Position numbers and translations under genes: made by a program
The notes under the pieces: model-generated
The model's input: only the letters and a program-made list of their open reading frames with translations
Told to the model about the DNA's origin: nothing
The model's database searches: none
Source of the DNA: Curvularia clavata
Lineage: Eukaryota
Assembly (NCBI GenBank): GCA_023920165.1
Contig: CP089274.1
Location: 1,612,001-1,676,000 of the forward strand
Direction of reading: 5' to 3'
DNA: 64,000 nucleotides
Part shown: positions 50,941 through 62,676 of the stretch, in pieces
Position numbering within the stretch: the first letter of the stretch is position 1
Layout of the letters: every line of letters begins with the position of its first letter

Positions 50941-51845
50941 GTTCTCTCCAATCGCCTAAGCGGGTGTGCTGTGTCGTGGTCGGGCTGGTCACGCTCCTTC
51001 GCTAACAGACGCGTCGAGCCTGGCGCGCGGTACCCTCACCCCCACTCGCTCTTGAACACCTGGGCAGTGCTCGACAGTGAGAGCTCCATCGCCATTTGCC
51101 TGTGTCTCGACGAGGCTTTTTTACTACTCCATATATATATACACACACACACGTGCAGCACCGTGAAGCCTGCCGCACGTGACCTGCCAAGACTTAGCGC
51201 CAATCTCCCCGCGACGGCTTCCTTTTTGCTCCACCGGCCCTTTCTCCCTCGCGCATTTCGCCTGCTGTCCCCAACCATCGCCCCCCAAGCTCCTGCTCCA
51301 TCACCATCCCTCCTCCTCCCCATCATCATCACCCTCTTGGCCCAGCCATTGCCTTCTCGTGCAACAAGACCGGCGCGCAACATCGGACTCTCCTCCACCT
51401 GAGACGCCGGATCGCTGCCGACAAGGTTTGACGAGCGAGCTTTCTTTACTTGGGCCAGTTTCTTCATCTCTCGACCTTTACCACATCCATCGCCCGCATA
51501 CACACATATACTCCATACATCCAACTCTCTCTTCCCGACTCTCCTGCTCCATCACAACACCATCACCTACGACTCCTACACCTCCTGCACGCCCCAAACT
51601 CCGCTCAAGCTCCTGGCGACCTCTCCTCCACCACCAATCTTCACCCGCGCTGTCGCGACCCCCAATCCAGCCCGCCCTCACACCACGCTTTCTTTCACGG
51701 CCCCTCGCTGTACATAAAAAGTCGCAAAGATAAATCGAGATCAATTGAACAAAATCTCAACATTTCGTTTGCGCGCTCGTCGACTGTGAAGAGCGCATAT
51801 AGCCGTTGAAACAACACAAAGACCCAGAACTCATATACAGAAGCC

Positions 51846-53367
51846 ATGTCTGCATCACCCACCATTGCCGCTTCGTCGACCAAGCGACCGCTTGAGGAAC
51901 CTTCGTCGCCTGCCGGACTCAACGACCAGCCTGATGCCAAGCGCCCTGCCCTCGATAAGATGGTCAAGGACGAAGCTCCCAGCGCAGATGCCATCGAGAT
52001 TGCGCAGCCAGTCAAAGCAGAGGCCGTTGCCATTGAAGGCATCAGTGAAGATCAGGCAAAGGCCGCGCCTGACGCAGCTGCCCCCGCTGTTGAAAATGGC
52101 ACTGGTCCCAGCCAAGCCGACACTGTTGTTCCTGATGCTCCCTCTATCCTTGAGACCCAGCCCATCCAATCCACATCTGGTGCTAATGGCCGCCCTGTGA
52201 ACCCCAACCAGCAAGTCGACGAGAGCAACTGGTTGCATATTCGTGCTTGCATTGGCACCAGCGAGGCTGCTACCATTATTGGTAAGGGCGGAGAGAATGT
52301 GACCCAGATCCGACGCCTGTCTGGCGCCAAGTGCACCGTCAGTGACTACTCACGAGGTGCTGTCGAACGCATCCTTACTGTAAGCGGTCAAGTCGATGCT
52401 GTTTCCAAGGCCTTTGGTCTCATTGTACGCACCCTCAACCAAGAAGACCTCGAGACACCTTCAACATCTACATCCAAGGCCTACCCCATGCGTCTGCTCA
52501 TCCCCCACATTCTCATCGGCTCCATTATTGGAAAGGCAGGTGTTCGTATTCGCGAGATTCAGGAGGCTTCCAACGCCAAGTTGAACGCATCCGACACTCT
52601 CCTTCCCAACTCTGGTGAGCGCTCATTGATTGTTCTCGGCGTTGCCGACGCCGTGCATATTGCCGTGTACTATGTTGCTCAGACTTTGGTTGAGCAGCTG
52701 ACAGAGCGATTCGGAGGCCCTGCCGCATCCCAATACGCAACCCGCAGCGGTATGGCTGCCAACGTTGTTCCAGGTGGCATGTCTGTCCAACCTTATGTTC
52801 CCCAGCCTGCTGGCGGCCAGTACTCTCATCCACAGAATTTCCGTCGCCAGGAGCCTCCTCAGCGTACTCCCGCGCATGGCGGTTATGCTGCTCCTCACAT
52901 GCATGGTCAGCCTCCTCAGCAATCGCCATATGGTCATCCCAGCATGCCCTACGGAGCTGCTTCGCCCAGCCGTGGTCCCTATGGCGGCCCTGCTGCCCCC
53001 ACTCCCTATGGAGCCCATCCTGCTGCAGCGCCTGTTGCACACGGTGCGGCGCCTCACGCGGCTGTTGGTGCCATCCCTGGACAGCCTCTAACACAGCAGA
53101 TTTTCATCCCCAACGACATGGTTGGTGCCATTATTGGAAAGGGCGGTGCCAAGATCAACGAGATTCGCCAGCTCAGCGGCAGTGTCATCAAGATCAATGA
53201 GCCTACCGACAATAGCAATGAGCGTCTCGTCACCATCACAGGTACACAAGAGTGCAATCAAATGGCGCTCTATATGCTGTACTCGCGACTCGGTCAGTAG
53301 ACTCCTTCCATCACGTCTTGTACCCGGACTAATACATGTTACAGAATCTGAAAAACACCGTATCTAA
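51846..53367 (+). CDS. RNC1: Triple-KH-domain RNA-binding protein (Rnc1/Pbp2/PCBP-like); short last exon ESEKHRI
   Basis: Three KH GxxG motifs (IIGKGGEN, IIGKAGVR, IIGKGGAK); terminal intron GTCAGT..ACTAAT..CAG. Confidence 0.9.
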
Positions 53368-53580
53368 GCCTGTGTGCTCGTGACATGGAACTTGCAGTCA
53401 TGTATGCAAAAGGTTTGATGGTCGTGCAGAAAGGATAGTAGTGTCTCAATTGTTTGTTTCGTCTTCTTCTCTTTTTCCGGGAACACATCTGAATACGGGT
53501 GCAAGGCGTAGTGGGTCTGGGTGTTACATATACATATATTCCAAAGCCCAGTTTTGGGCGTGTATTTTATGATGCTCTTG

Positions 53581-53599
53581 GTGTGTGTGTGTGTGTGTG
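53581..53599. repeat. (GT)9 microsatellite in KH gene 3' region
   Basis: Direct reading. Confidence 0.9.
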
Positions 53600-54467
53600 C
53601 AAGAGAGACGGTTTATCGGGCACAGAGTGAGGCCTGTGAAAGTGTTGTTTCTAGGTGGTAATTTGTTCAATTCGATCTATGGTTTCTTCTAGTATTGAAC
53701 ACATGTAACTTGATGTGTATAAGGTAATACTATGGCTTTATTTTCATGCAGTCTGATCATGTGCATTATGCTGGTTTTAATTCTCGCTCGTGTTTTTTCC
53801 CTTGTGCCTGTCTTGTCCGTATTATTATATACTTTGACCGCGAGTTCAGTCATTTCGAATCCTAGATCCCAAGTGTCAAGTAGTCGGCACGGAAAGTCAG
53901 AGCAGGACTCGAGTGTCTCGAAGAAATGGTCAAGGGTACACGTGGTATGGGTATCGAGTTAGCTTGACATATGTGAAGACACAGGATAGAAAGCTTTCAG
54001 TCCTAGTAATAGAAGACGGTGTCTTCTCTCTCACATGTATGAATAAGTGAAGCAGCAGCCAAAAAATTTTATGAGATACGAATATGATGGATATAGCGAG
54101 TACACGAGCGAAAGAATTCCAATAGAAGTACTATTTATACTAAGACTTTACTATTTTCTTGTATTATCCTCTCTCTTCAGAGAATCAAGTCTATGTCTTG
54201 GTTTTAACCTCTAGTTCTATTGACTTCAATTCCTATAAAACCGAATAGATAACTAGTTGTGTGGACGGTAAGGAGTAGTTTTGTTTGAACACAGTGCAAG
54301 CAGTAGGACTTTACACATCACAAGCAGGAAATCACTGCAACGATTCCGAGGCAAGCGTAATGTGAATAAATCTTAACAAACCAAAAGAATACAAATCACA
54401 TTGGAGAGCTATGTAAAGATCTGCAATCAACAGATCGTGCATGTATGAATATACAAATCTTTTTTTT

Positions 54468-57400
54468 TCATCTACCAGTGCCAATTGGACTCATCAACCC
54501 ATTGCTACCACTAGTTGAGCTTCGAACCATCATGGGCTTGATGCTTTGAACCGGACTCATGGGATCTCTCTGGCTCGAGCTTTGGCTGGACGTGCCTGAG
54601 CTTAAGCTGCCGCTTCCGTGACTGCGGTTGCGTCCATTGGCAGGTCCTGGAGTGTTGAAAGGATTTCCGAGCGTATAAGGGGCCAAGGAGGAGGGCTCAT
54701 CGAAAGCATCAGTGAAACCAGAGACGTTGGAAAGCATCGAGGAAGAGCGACCGCGACCGCCGCGAATAGAACCAGGGGTGCTGTTGATGTGAGAGTTGAG
54801 CGACGGAAAGGTAAAGCTAGTGAAGCCATTGTTGTGAGGCGACATGCTTGTGCCTGGAAGATGGCCGTCAGGTGTAGTCGGAACAGACATTTGCTGATGC
54901 GCTTGCTGAAGAAGGAGCTCTTCGTAATGCTGCAAGGTTTGCAGTATTTGGCCAGTGGCAATGTTCTGCTCTTCAGTCCGCCTCTCGTAATTGATGATGT
55001 TGCTCCGGTACTGATGCTCGACATCGGCACGTTGTGCTCTTGTGGCTGCACGTTCCTGCTCCCTTCGCTGCTTGGCGGTGAACCCTTCAGCGTTGGCAGT
55101 GACTAGACGGTCATGCTGCTGGTTTAGCTTGGTCTGACGTTGCTGAAGTCGTTCTCTCTTCTGGTAGGCGTTATTGATGTCATTTTGGACGCTCTGAACC
55201 TGGCGCTCGATCTCTTCCTTGGTCTTGTCAAACTCGCTTACAACGGCGTTCTTGTTGTCACGCTCCTTCTTCCACTCTGCTTTCTTTGCCGCAGCCTCCT
55301 TTGCCTCCTCTTCAGGGATACTGCCAAGACTCTCTGCTTGAAGAGCAAAATCCGCAGCTGCGTCGTCGGCCTGGCGGATGTTCTGGGTGAATTGGAGCAC
55401 ACGCTGACGTTGACGCTCATCACTGCCACCGGCATTGGTGAGGCGGTTTCCAAGCGTATCCACCTCTTTCTTGATATTGGTGATGGCGGTCTTGTGGTCT
55501 TTCTTGTTCCGCTTCAAGCGATTTCGTTGCTCTTGGAGTTGTTGATCAGCAGCCGCAATAGAGTTCTTCAAAGTTGTCGTGGGCGAAGAAGGTCGAAGAG
55601 TCTGGTGCGCTGGCGGGGATGCTATGGAAGCTGAAGCTGGCCATGTTAGCAGAGAAACATATAGCATTGACTGCCGTCGTGCTTACCAAGCTCGGTAATG
55701 GGGCTGGCCGAGGTAATAAGGCTTGCTGAGTAGAAGACTTCGTTGTCACTAGTCCGGACAAACTCGCAATAGTAATTGGAGAGTGCAGTCAGACCAAAAA
55801 TCTCTCCTACCCAGTAGCCCGTTCCCTCCTGGCCCTCGAAACCGACGGGCTTGCTTTGCCTGATCCGGGCAGAGCTCCAGTCGGCACCGTTGACACGGAT
55901 GTAGAATGGCTTTGACTTGTCAATCCCAGATCCAACACTGGTATCCTCGTCATCCTGCTCTTGAACCCCAGTTCCACCAGCTAAACTAACACAAAATGAA
56001 ATGTCGGAAAAACCGACTTCTGAAATCCAAACACGATCGTCTCCCGATCTCCAAACAGCATTTCCAATGTGATTTGTGTCTTTTGCATTAGCCTCGTCGG
56101 CGTCGTTTGCCGCCCGACTACTTTCCATCTCTTTTAAAACTGTAACTTTTGTGCTGGCAAGAGCAGCCCAAAACGGCTGCTGGCTTCGAACATGGGTGGC
56201 CTGTTTTCTCTTTCTCCTACCACTGCTCGCTTTGTCCTTTGCATGTGCAGCGGGCGCCGACCCCGGGGGGCGGCCGTCGGTGCTCGAGGAATTGGGCAGG
56301 TCGGCAACCGGTTCGTGGTGGGTTGAGTTTGAGCGCTGAAGCACACCAGACTCGGGGTCTGTTTTCTTGCCAGTGGGCAGAGTCGTGTGTTCTCGTCGAG
56401 ACAGAGAGCGTCGGATGATTCGAACGACACCTTGGGCTAGAATATGAATACCCAGGAGGCTGCGTGGCCATCCATGGGGGGTTGAGAAGCTTTCCAAATA
56501 GGTTGGCGTACTCGCGGGGCTCGTCAAAAATTCCAGGCCTCCCCGGGCGAGCCCTGTCCAAAGAAAGTGGACCATGTGTTGCCGGAGAGGCCTGAATCTG
56601 AAGACGTGATTGGCAAGAATAATGAGAAAGCATATAACAATGCTGTTGGTTGTGCCTTTCTTTCCGGCAGCGGCACCTCCCAGAGCGATAGCAATGACAG
56701 CCTGTGCCAGATCCAGGAAGAAGTTCTGGGCAGGCACCCACAACAGCAACCATATCATCAGGATGACGGTGTCGGCGATGATTGTGGTGAAGAGCGAGGG
56801 CGTGCCGCCAGAGCCCTGGAAGATGTCGGTGAAGGAGGGAAAGGCAGAGAGGGCAGAGAGAGGGGTCCCGGCCTGTGGCGGGACAAAGGTGAGGGTAGCG
56901 AAAAGGAACTGCACAACGGTGAGGACGGCCGGGGGCAGCTGAAGAAGAATAATGAGGATTGCGAGCACGTCCCGCAGCGGACAAGACGTGAGAATGGTGG
57001 CGGGGACCGAGAGCATGGTTGTCATGGACAGGGAGGGCGGCTTGGAGCCATTTGTGTCTGCGCGGGCGAGGACGGAGTGCATGGGGTCAAAGGGCGCGGT
57101 GGCATTGTCGTAGGAGCGGCAGGCCTCTGTGGGATTGTCCATCGAGGCGTCCGAAGCGGCGCGCGTGCGCTCGTGTGGCCGGGCAGAGGAGGACGATGAT
57201 GATGAGGAGGCGGGGACAGCAGCGGCGGTGTTGGCGTGGGTGCTTGTCGCAGTGGGCGTGGCGGCGGTGTTGGTGGACATGGCAGCATCGTGGTGGGCGC
57301 TGGCCGGGGGTGTCATGTCGCTGCTGTCTACATGGCCGGAGCCGGGCTTGGTGGTGTTGGCAGGCTTCCCATTGGCATTGAGGGCTGGGTTGCTCTTCTG

Positions 57401-57484
57401 CTTGTCGATGCGTTTGCCAGGGGCGGCAAGGCCGTTCTCGTGTCGCTTGTCGTGCGCCGCGGTCCTCTTCGACTTTGCTACCAT
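54468..57484 (-). CDS. acrB: Ubiquitination network signalling protein AcrB-like (intron 55637-55686)
   Basis: RHENGLAAPGKRI, CPLRDVLAILIILLQLPP transmembrane block, VRSQQPFWAALASTK, VNGADW, C-terminal coiled coil. Confidence 0.85.
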
Positions 57485-59078
57485 AGACGGCGGTGCGGGT
57501 GCGGGTGCAAGCGGGCAAACCTCTCCCCGGCGAGACTCGACTGCTGGACAGGACGAGCCAGACTGGAAGACGTTGAGCCGCTGCTCGGTGGAGGCTGTGA
57601 GGGCGGGGGAGTGTCGAGTGCTGGGCTTGGAGGGCGGGTGTTTTTGTTAGGGAGCGAGGGAGCAAGAGCAAGCTGCCCTGCGCCTGGCTGGTGGTCGGTG
57701 GGTGGTGCCTTCCGCCGGATGGGCCTGCTGCCAAGCCTCGCGCCTGCCCTGCAAACGTCAAATGCAAAAAAGTCAACCAAGAAAAGCCGGCCGCCGTCTC
57801 TTGACGCCTCGCCGCCACGGCCTGTCCGTGTCGCCTTTGCACCTGCCCGTACCGTGGGTCGCTCTTGCCTTCACATGCCCTCGCCCGCCCGCCCGCCAGC
57901 CCACACACGACCACGACGACACACGACACGACACACGACACCTCGATACACGACAGTCATCACATAAGCAGCCGCCATGCTGCTCAGCCGAACTGACCCC
58001 GATGTCTCTTCACGACGCCGATCGTAGCCACTAGCACACGACGGCTGCTGTTGTTCCCTCGTCGCATACCAGTAGTCGAGCCATGGGCTAGCACGCCCTG
58101 CTACCTTGCCATCACCATCGACATGCCCATTGTCGGCACCTCGCCGGCCTCTCTAACAAGGCACTTCATTTGCGCATGCCAGGACCCCCCCTGGGCCACA
58201 GCCCGCCTGGTAGCGAATAAAGTCGCGCTTCCCATGTCCTACAAGTAGGTCCATCCATCTGCTCCTGTTCACCGCATGCGACAAATCGCCCCTCGCGCTA
58301 TTACCCGCATTGCCATCACGATGCTCTTTTTCAGGCCTCTGAAAAGTGCCGCGGCTGCCAGTAGGGCATGCATGTAAGCTGTGGCCACGACCGTGATTCA
58401 CGTCGCACCATGGCTGCCCTCTCTGCTACATGAGGCTCGAGCGGAACACGGCCCGTCTTTTGCAAAGCCACCGGAGCATTTGCATCTACACCATCTCAGC
58501 GTGTGTGTGTGCGAGTGTGCCCACTCGAGGCGAGCATAGCGTGCAGCCTTCCGCCCGCACATCCATGGCCCTTTTCCGCCATGCACATTATGCCGGCGTG
58601 GAAGCTTAACACAGCTCGCACCAATGGCGGCCGGGCTGCGTTGCAAATAAGGAAAAGCTTGAGCATCACGCGTCCAACGGGCGTGCAGATCTCTGCAAAG
58701 GGCAATTCGCGTTGCCCATCACGTGCAGATCCTTGCCGCCTCCACCATGCGACCGCGACGTCTACCCACTTTGTTGCGTGCCCATTGGCATTCCACTCTG
58801 CTGTCAGCCTAGACAATCATGTGTCTTCTTCATCATGCACTTTTAACCCTTTCTTTGCCAGTCATGACCCAGAGCTGGTCTACAAGCAGCCCCGCATGTT
58901 GCATCGACTAAGCTGCAGGGGCTCATGACGTGATGCGCCTGCGACGCTGCAACTGGCTCCAAACCTGCTCCACCACTGCACTGCTACATTCACCCTGTCA
59001 TGCAAACACGTCAACTGTCACTTCAAATCTGCTATTGCTTGCATGCCTGCCCGCGGCTCCACTGCACGTGCTGCTCTT

Positions 59079-60454
59079 CTATCCGCTGCCCGCACTGCCA
59101 AAATCTTCCTTGGCGTCCGGCCTGTCCCAACTGCTCTTCTCCAATGCCCTGACCCTGTCTAAGAGCACCCTGACCCTTCTGCTGTTTTCTGCTTTGGTCT
59201 GTTCCTGCAGCTTGAAAGTCTCCTGGAACCGCTCAGCCATGAAACGCGGAAGCGGCGACTTCTTGGCTGTCCTGTAGTCGTAAACCACAATGTCTTCAAT
59301 GCAACGCGCGGCCGGACGACGCTGGGCCTCGGAAAGAACCATGACATCAAGGATGAAATGATCGCTGTCTTGGCTAGGCTTCTTGCGGAGTTTGTGGAGT
59401 ACCGTAACCCTAGTGTTTATCTGTCAGAGTACGACTGATGCATAAACTCCATTAGCCATCATACTTATCTGGCCATTTCATAGGCTAAGGTCAACGTCAG
59501 CAAACTCTTGTCATATGTTTTCAAAGCACTGGAAAAGGGAACAACAAAAACAAACAAACAACTAAACAAATAAAAAGAATACATATCGGGAAAAATATGA
59601 AAGAACAAAGGGACCAGGAGTCATATGCATCCACTCACAAACTTGTAGTCGGTCTTGATACTCCGCAGGATCAAGCCAATGCTCTTCGGTGTCATGAGTT
59701 CCAACCACTCGGCTCTATGCTGCGGGTCGCTGGCTGCAAAGTTCAGCGTCCAGTTGACTCTGGCAGACTCTGCGTATCGGTTGTACATGACGTTGTTAAC
59801 GTGACCTGCAAATGCTCAGCACTACGTTACTTGAAGCAGAAGACGGTGACGAGGTAAATACCCTTTGACTTTATCAGCAATCATCCACCAACTCCTTGTG
59901 ATGGGCCTACCATGCTATCCTTTGCGCAATTAATATCCACATTAGTGTCCATTCATAGAAACGTCAGATGATGAAGCTAACCATCTCTCCCCAAACCACC
60001 TCTTGCCGGAACAGTCCCCGCCATTGCTTGCCGGTCAGAAAGCCTTCGCTTCCAGCCACGAGTTCTCTCCCTGGGGTAGATGTGAAAATCAACATTCCAG
60101 TGATTGGTGTACGATACCGAGCAATTATTCAACGGAAGACACTTACAGTTTTCCGATGTCTCCTGCAGTATTGAGCCGGCCTCTTCAACCTGTTCAGGAT
60201 TGATTCCAAAACTAATGCACTTTCCGATGCGCAATTTGACGTCTGAGAGCCACCTTGGACTGAGTGCAGCAGTCGCGGGGGACTTGTCTGCTCAAGAATG
60301 AAAATCAGTCCATCATGTTCTCGACTTCAATCACAACACATTGCTACCTACCACTTGATGTTGACTGATACCGCTCAAAGGAGAGGCGCTGTACCACTGA
60401 AAGCTGCCTAATCGACTTCAATCGGCAGATGGTTGAACGCACCAATGGCGACAT
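59079..60454 (-). CDS. Mitochondrial hotdog-fold (4HBT-like) acyl-CoA thioesterase; exons 60454-60352, 60287-60147, 60070-59982, 59919-59911, 59862, 59805-59639, 59484-59465, 59409-59079
   Basis: Basic presequence-like N-terminus; [89 protein letters not shown]. Confidence 0.88.
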
Positions 60455-60770
60455 GTTGGCAGATAGTACAGTATTGAAGCGTAAGGATTGCACTCTAGAA
60501 ATGGTATCTGTCACCCGGAGGATGCCACAATGCCAGCGCTCTTTTGCCCGAAAATGGCGGAAAAGAAGCCGAGGTTCCGCATCTCCAGGTTCCACCACAC
60601 AACTGCGCAAGGTCGGGAAACCGGGTCCGGGCGTGGCTCCACCTTCGACGATAACTCGTGTAGCAATCGATGACGTTTCACAGAACACTACACTTGACAG
60701 CCCAGCTATCTTTGACGGCAAGCGTCCTTCTCCTCCTGTTGCCTTCTTCAGAAGAAAAGCATTGACAACA

Positions 60771-61218
60771 ATGGCTGCTCCAAACCCAGCGCTTCGCCAC
60801 CAAGTCATCCGAATTTACAAGGGTCTGTCGTCCAAACGCGCCAATTGTTTACAACACGCGTATTCACTTAGAACAGAATTGCTTTACATGGGCCGGGAAT
60901 ATCCTCAGGGATACGACTATTTTCGCACCCGCTTGCACAAGGCATTCGCAAGTCAACGGGATTTGACCGACGAAGCCAAAATCAAGCAAGGCATCGAGAG
61001 GGCAGAATACGTGAAGAAAGGTGAATCTTGAGTAACGGAACCCCACACCTTTTCCCCGCTAATGGTTGATGGTCTAGAAATTGAGGCACTGTAAGCCCGA
61101 GCCGCAGGCCAAAAAAAAGAACAAAAAGTTTTCATGTAAAAGAGCTTTTGCTAACGGATACAGGTACTATCTGAAGCGTTATCGAACTCTGCGCCAGCGC
61201 TACGATCAAAGTGCCTAG
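60771..61218 (+). CDS. LYRM5: LYR-motif protein LYRM5/ETFRF1-like (4 exons, incl. 13-nt exon 61078-61090)
   Basis: [34 protein letters not shown]...[24 protein letters not shown]. Confidence 0.9.
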
Positions 61219-61311
61219 CCACTGAAAGACAACTGAGACTTGACAGTAGTAGGCCTCTGTAAACCAGGATATCATAAACACGAGAAAAAAAAAGGTACAA
61301 CATGACCAACT

Positions 61312-62676
61312 TTACACCTTCTTGCACCACCAGATTCCGATTTCAAGACACTCACCGCTCGAGGCTCCCTTTTGCTCCAGCAGGTCGTTGATCATGGAAT
61401 TCCAATACCGCTGCCACTCCTCCTGGTTCTTTCCGCTGACTTCTTTCAGCAATGGCTCCAGACTCTCAATCAGCTGTATAACCACGAGCAGGGCCGTGTG
61501 TCGCAAAGCCGCTTGCTCCTTGGTCAGCGTCGACCCATCCATTGTCGCACCGCCCATCTTGAGCTTCCCAGCTTCGCTTCCCCGTCGCTTCATTGTTTCA
61601 CCCGCGGCTTCGCGTTCCCATCGTAGCTCGCCTAGGGGAATGGCCACTCTGCGGTTTTCGACATTACATAGCGTCTCCGTCTCTTGGAGCAATATCTGCG
61701 ACATGCGCGAACACGGGGTTGGCGAGAGTTTGCGGCGGTCCAGGGCTTCTTGAATCCAAGCATTGGAATCTTGGAGATATTTGTTTTGTACATCGGTGAA
61801 AGGCGTTATGTGCGAAATCAAAAACGTTCCCGTTGCTACGGCGCAAGCGTACTCCTGGGGATTCTTGCCTGGCGGAGGCGGTGGATGTGGCATAATGGAG
61901 CGGATAATGTGGTCAGTCTCCCAGATCTCGAGCGTGCCGCCAGATTTGAGGATGCGAGTGCATTCGTCTAGGATCCTTTGTGATGGCGATCCAAGAGGGA
62001 TGACCATGCTCATGTCCTTCATGACTACAATGTCAAACTCCTCATCGTCAAAGGGCAAGGGCAACTTGCGCAGATCATGCTGCACGAATTTCCAGTCGAT
62101 GCCTTGGCGCTGCAGGTCTCCAGCTACATGGACAATGTCCAATCCGGTAAAGGAGACGTCTTCGTAGCCCTGGCCTGGCCATGGTCAGCAACGTCGCCAA
62201 CGTCAGCAGCTGTACGTACCGCTCAGCCATTCATGGCATACAGCCGACCAGTATCCGGAGCCGCATGCGACTTCCAAGACCTTTTTCGGAGCCTGGGTGG
62301 GCGTCGAGCCGAGGGCCCTACCAAAGACGGCCTTGGCCAGGAGCGTCTGCAGATTCTGGCGGTGGAGTTCGGGGAGGTCGCATGGTAGCGGGTAGTATTG
62401 GGCGTTTCGGATGTATCGTCGGCCGTGGCGCAGGGTAAAAGGCTCGTTGGGGAGGCCGGCGGCGTCGTCCTTTGTGAATTGGGTGGAGCTGCTGGACATG
62501 GAGCCCCTGGTGATGTCCATTGTGCTGAGGTGGCGGGTGGCAGACGAGGCGCCAGTCGAAGACGCAGAAATGGTTCTACCCAGAGCGTCTGTCGTGGTCA
62601 GATCCCATTGCTTTGCTTCGACAGTCTTGGGCCGAGAGGGAGGGCTGGCCGTAGGGTTGGCGCCGTAATAGCGGTA
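61312..62676 (-). CDS. SAM-dependent methyltransferase-domain protein; true 5' end lies further upstream (unresolved)
   Basis: RHGRRY..YYPLPCDLPELHRQ, KVLEVACGSGYW, FTGLDIV, HDLRKLPLPFDDEEFD, RILKSGGTLEIWETD; acceptor GCTAAT..CCAG at 62677 implies upstream exon(s). Confidence 0.8.
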
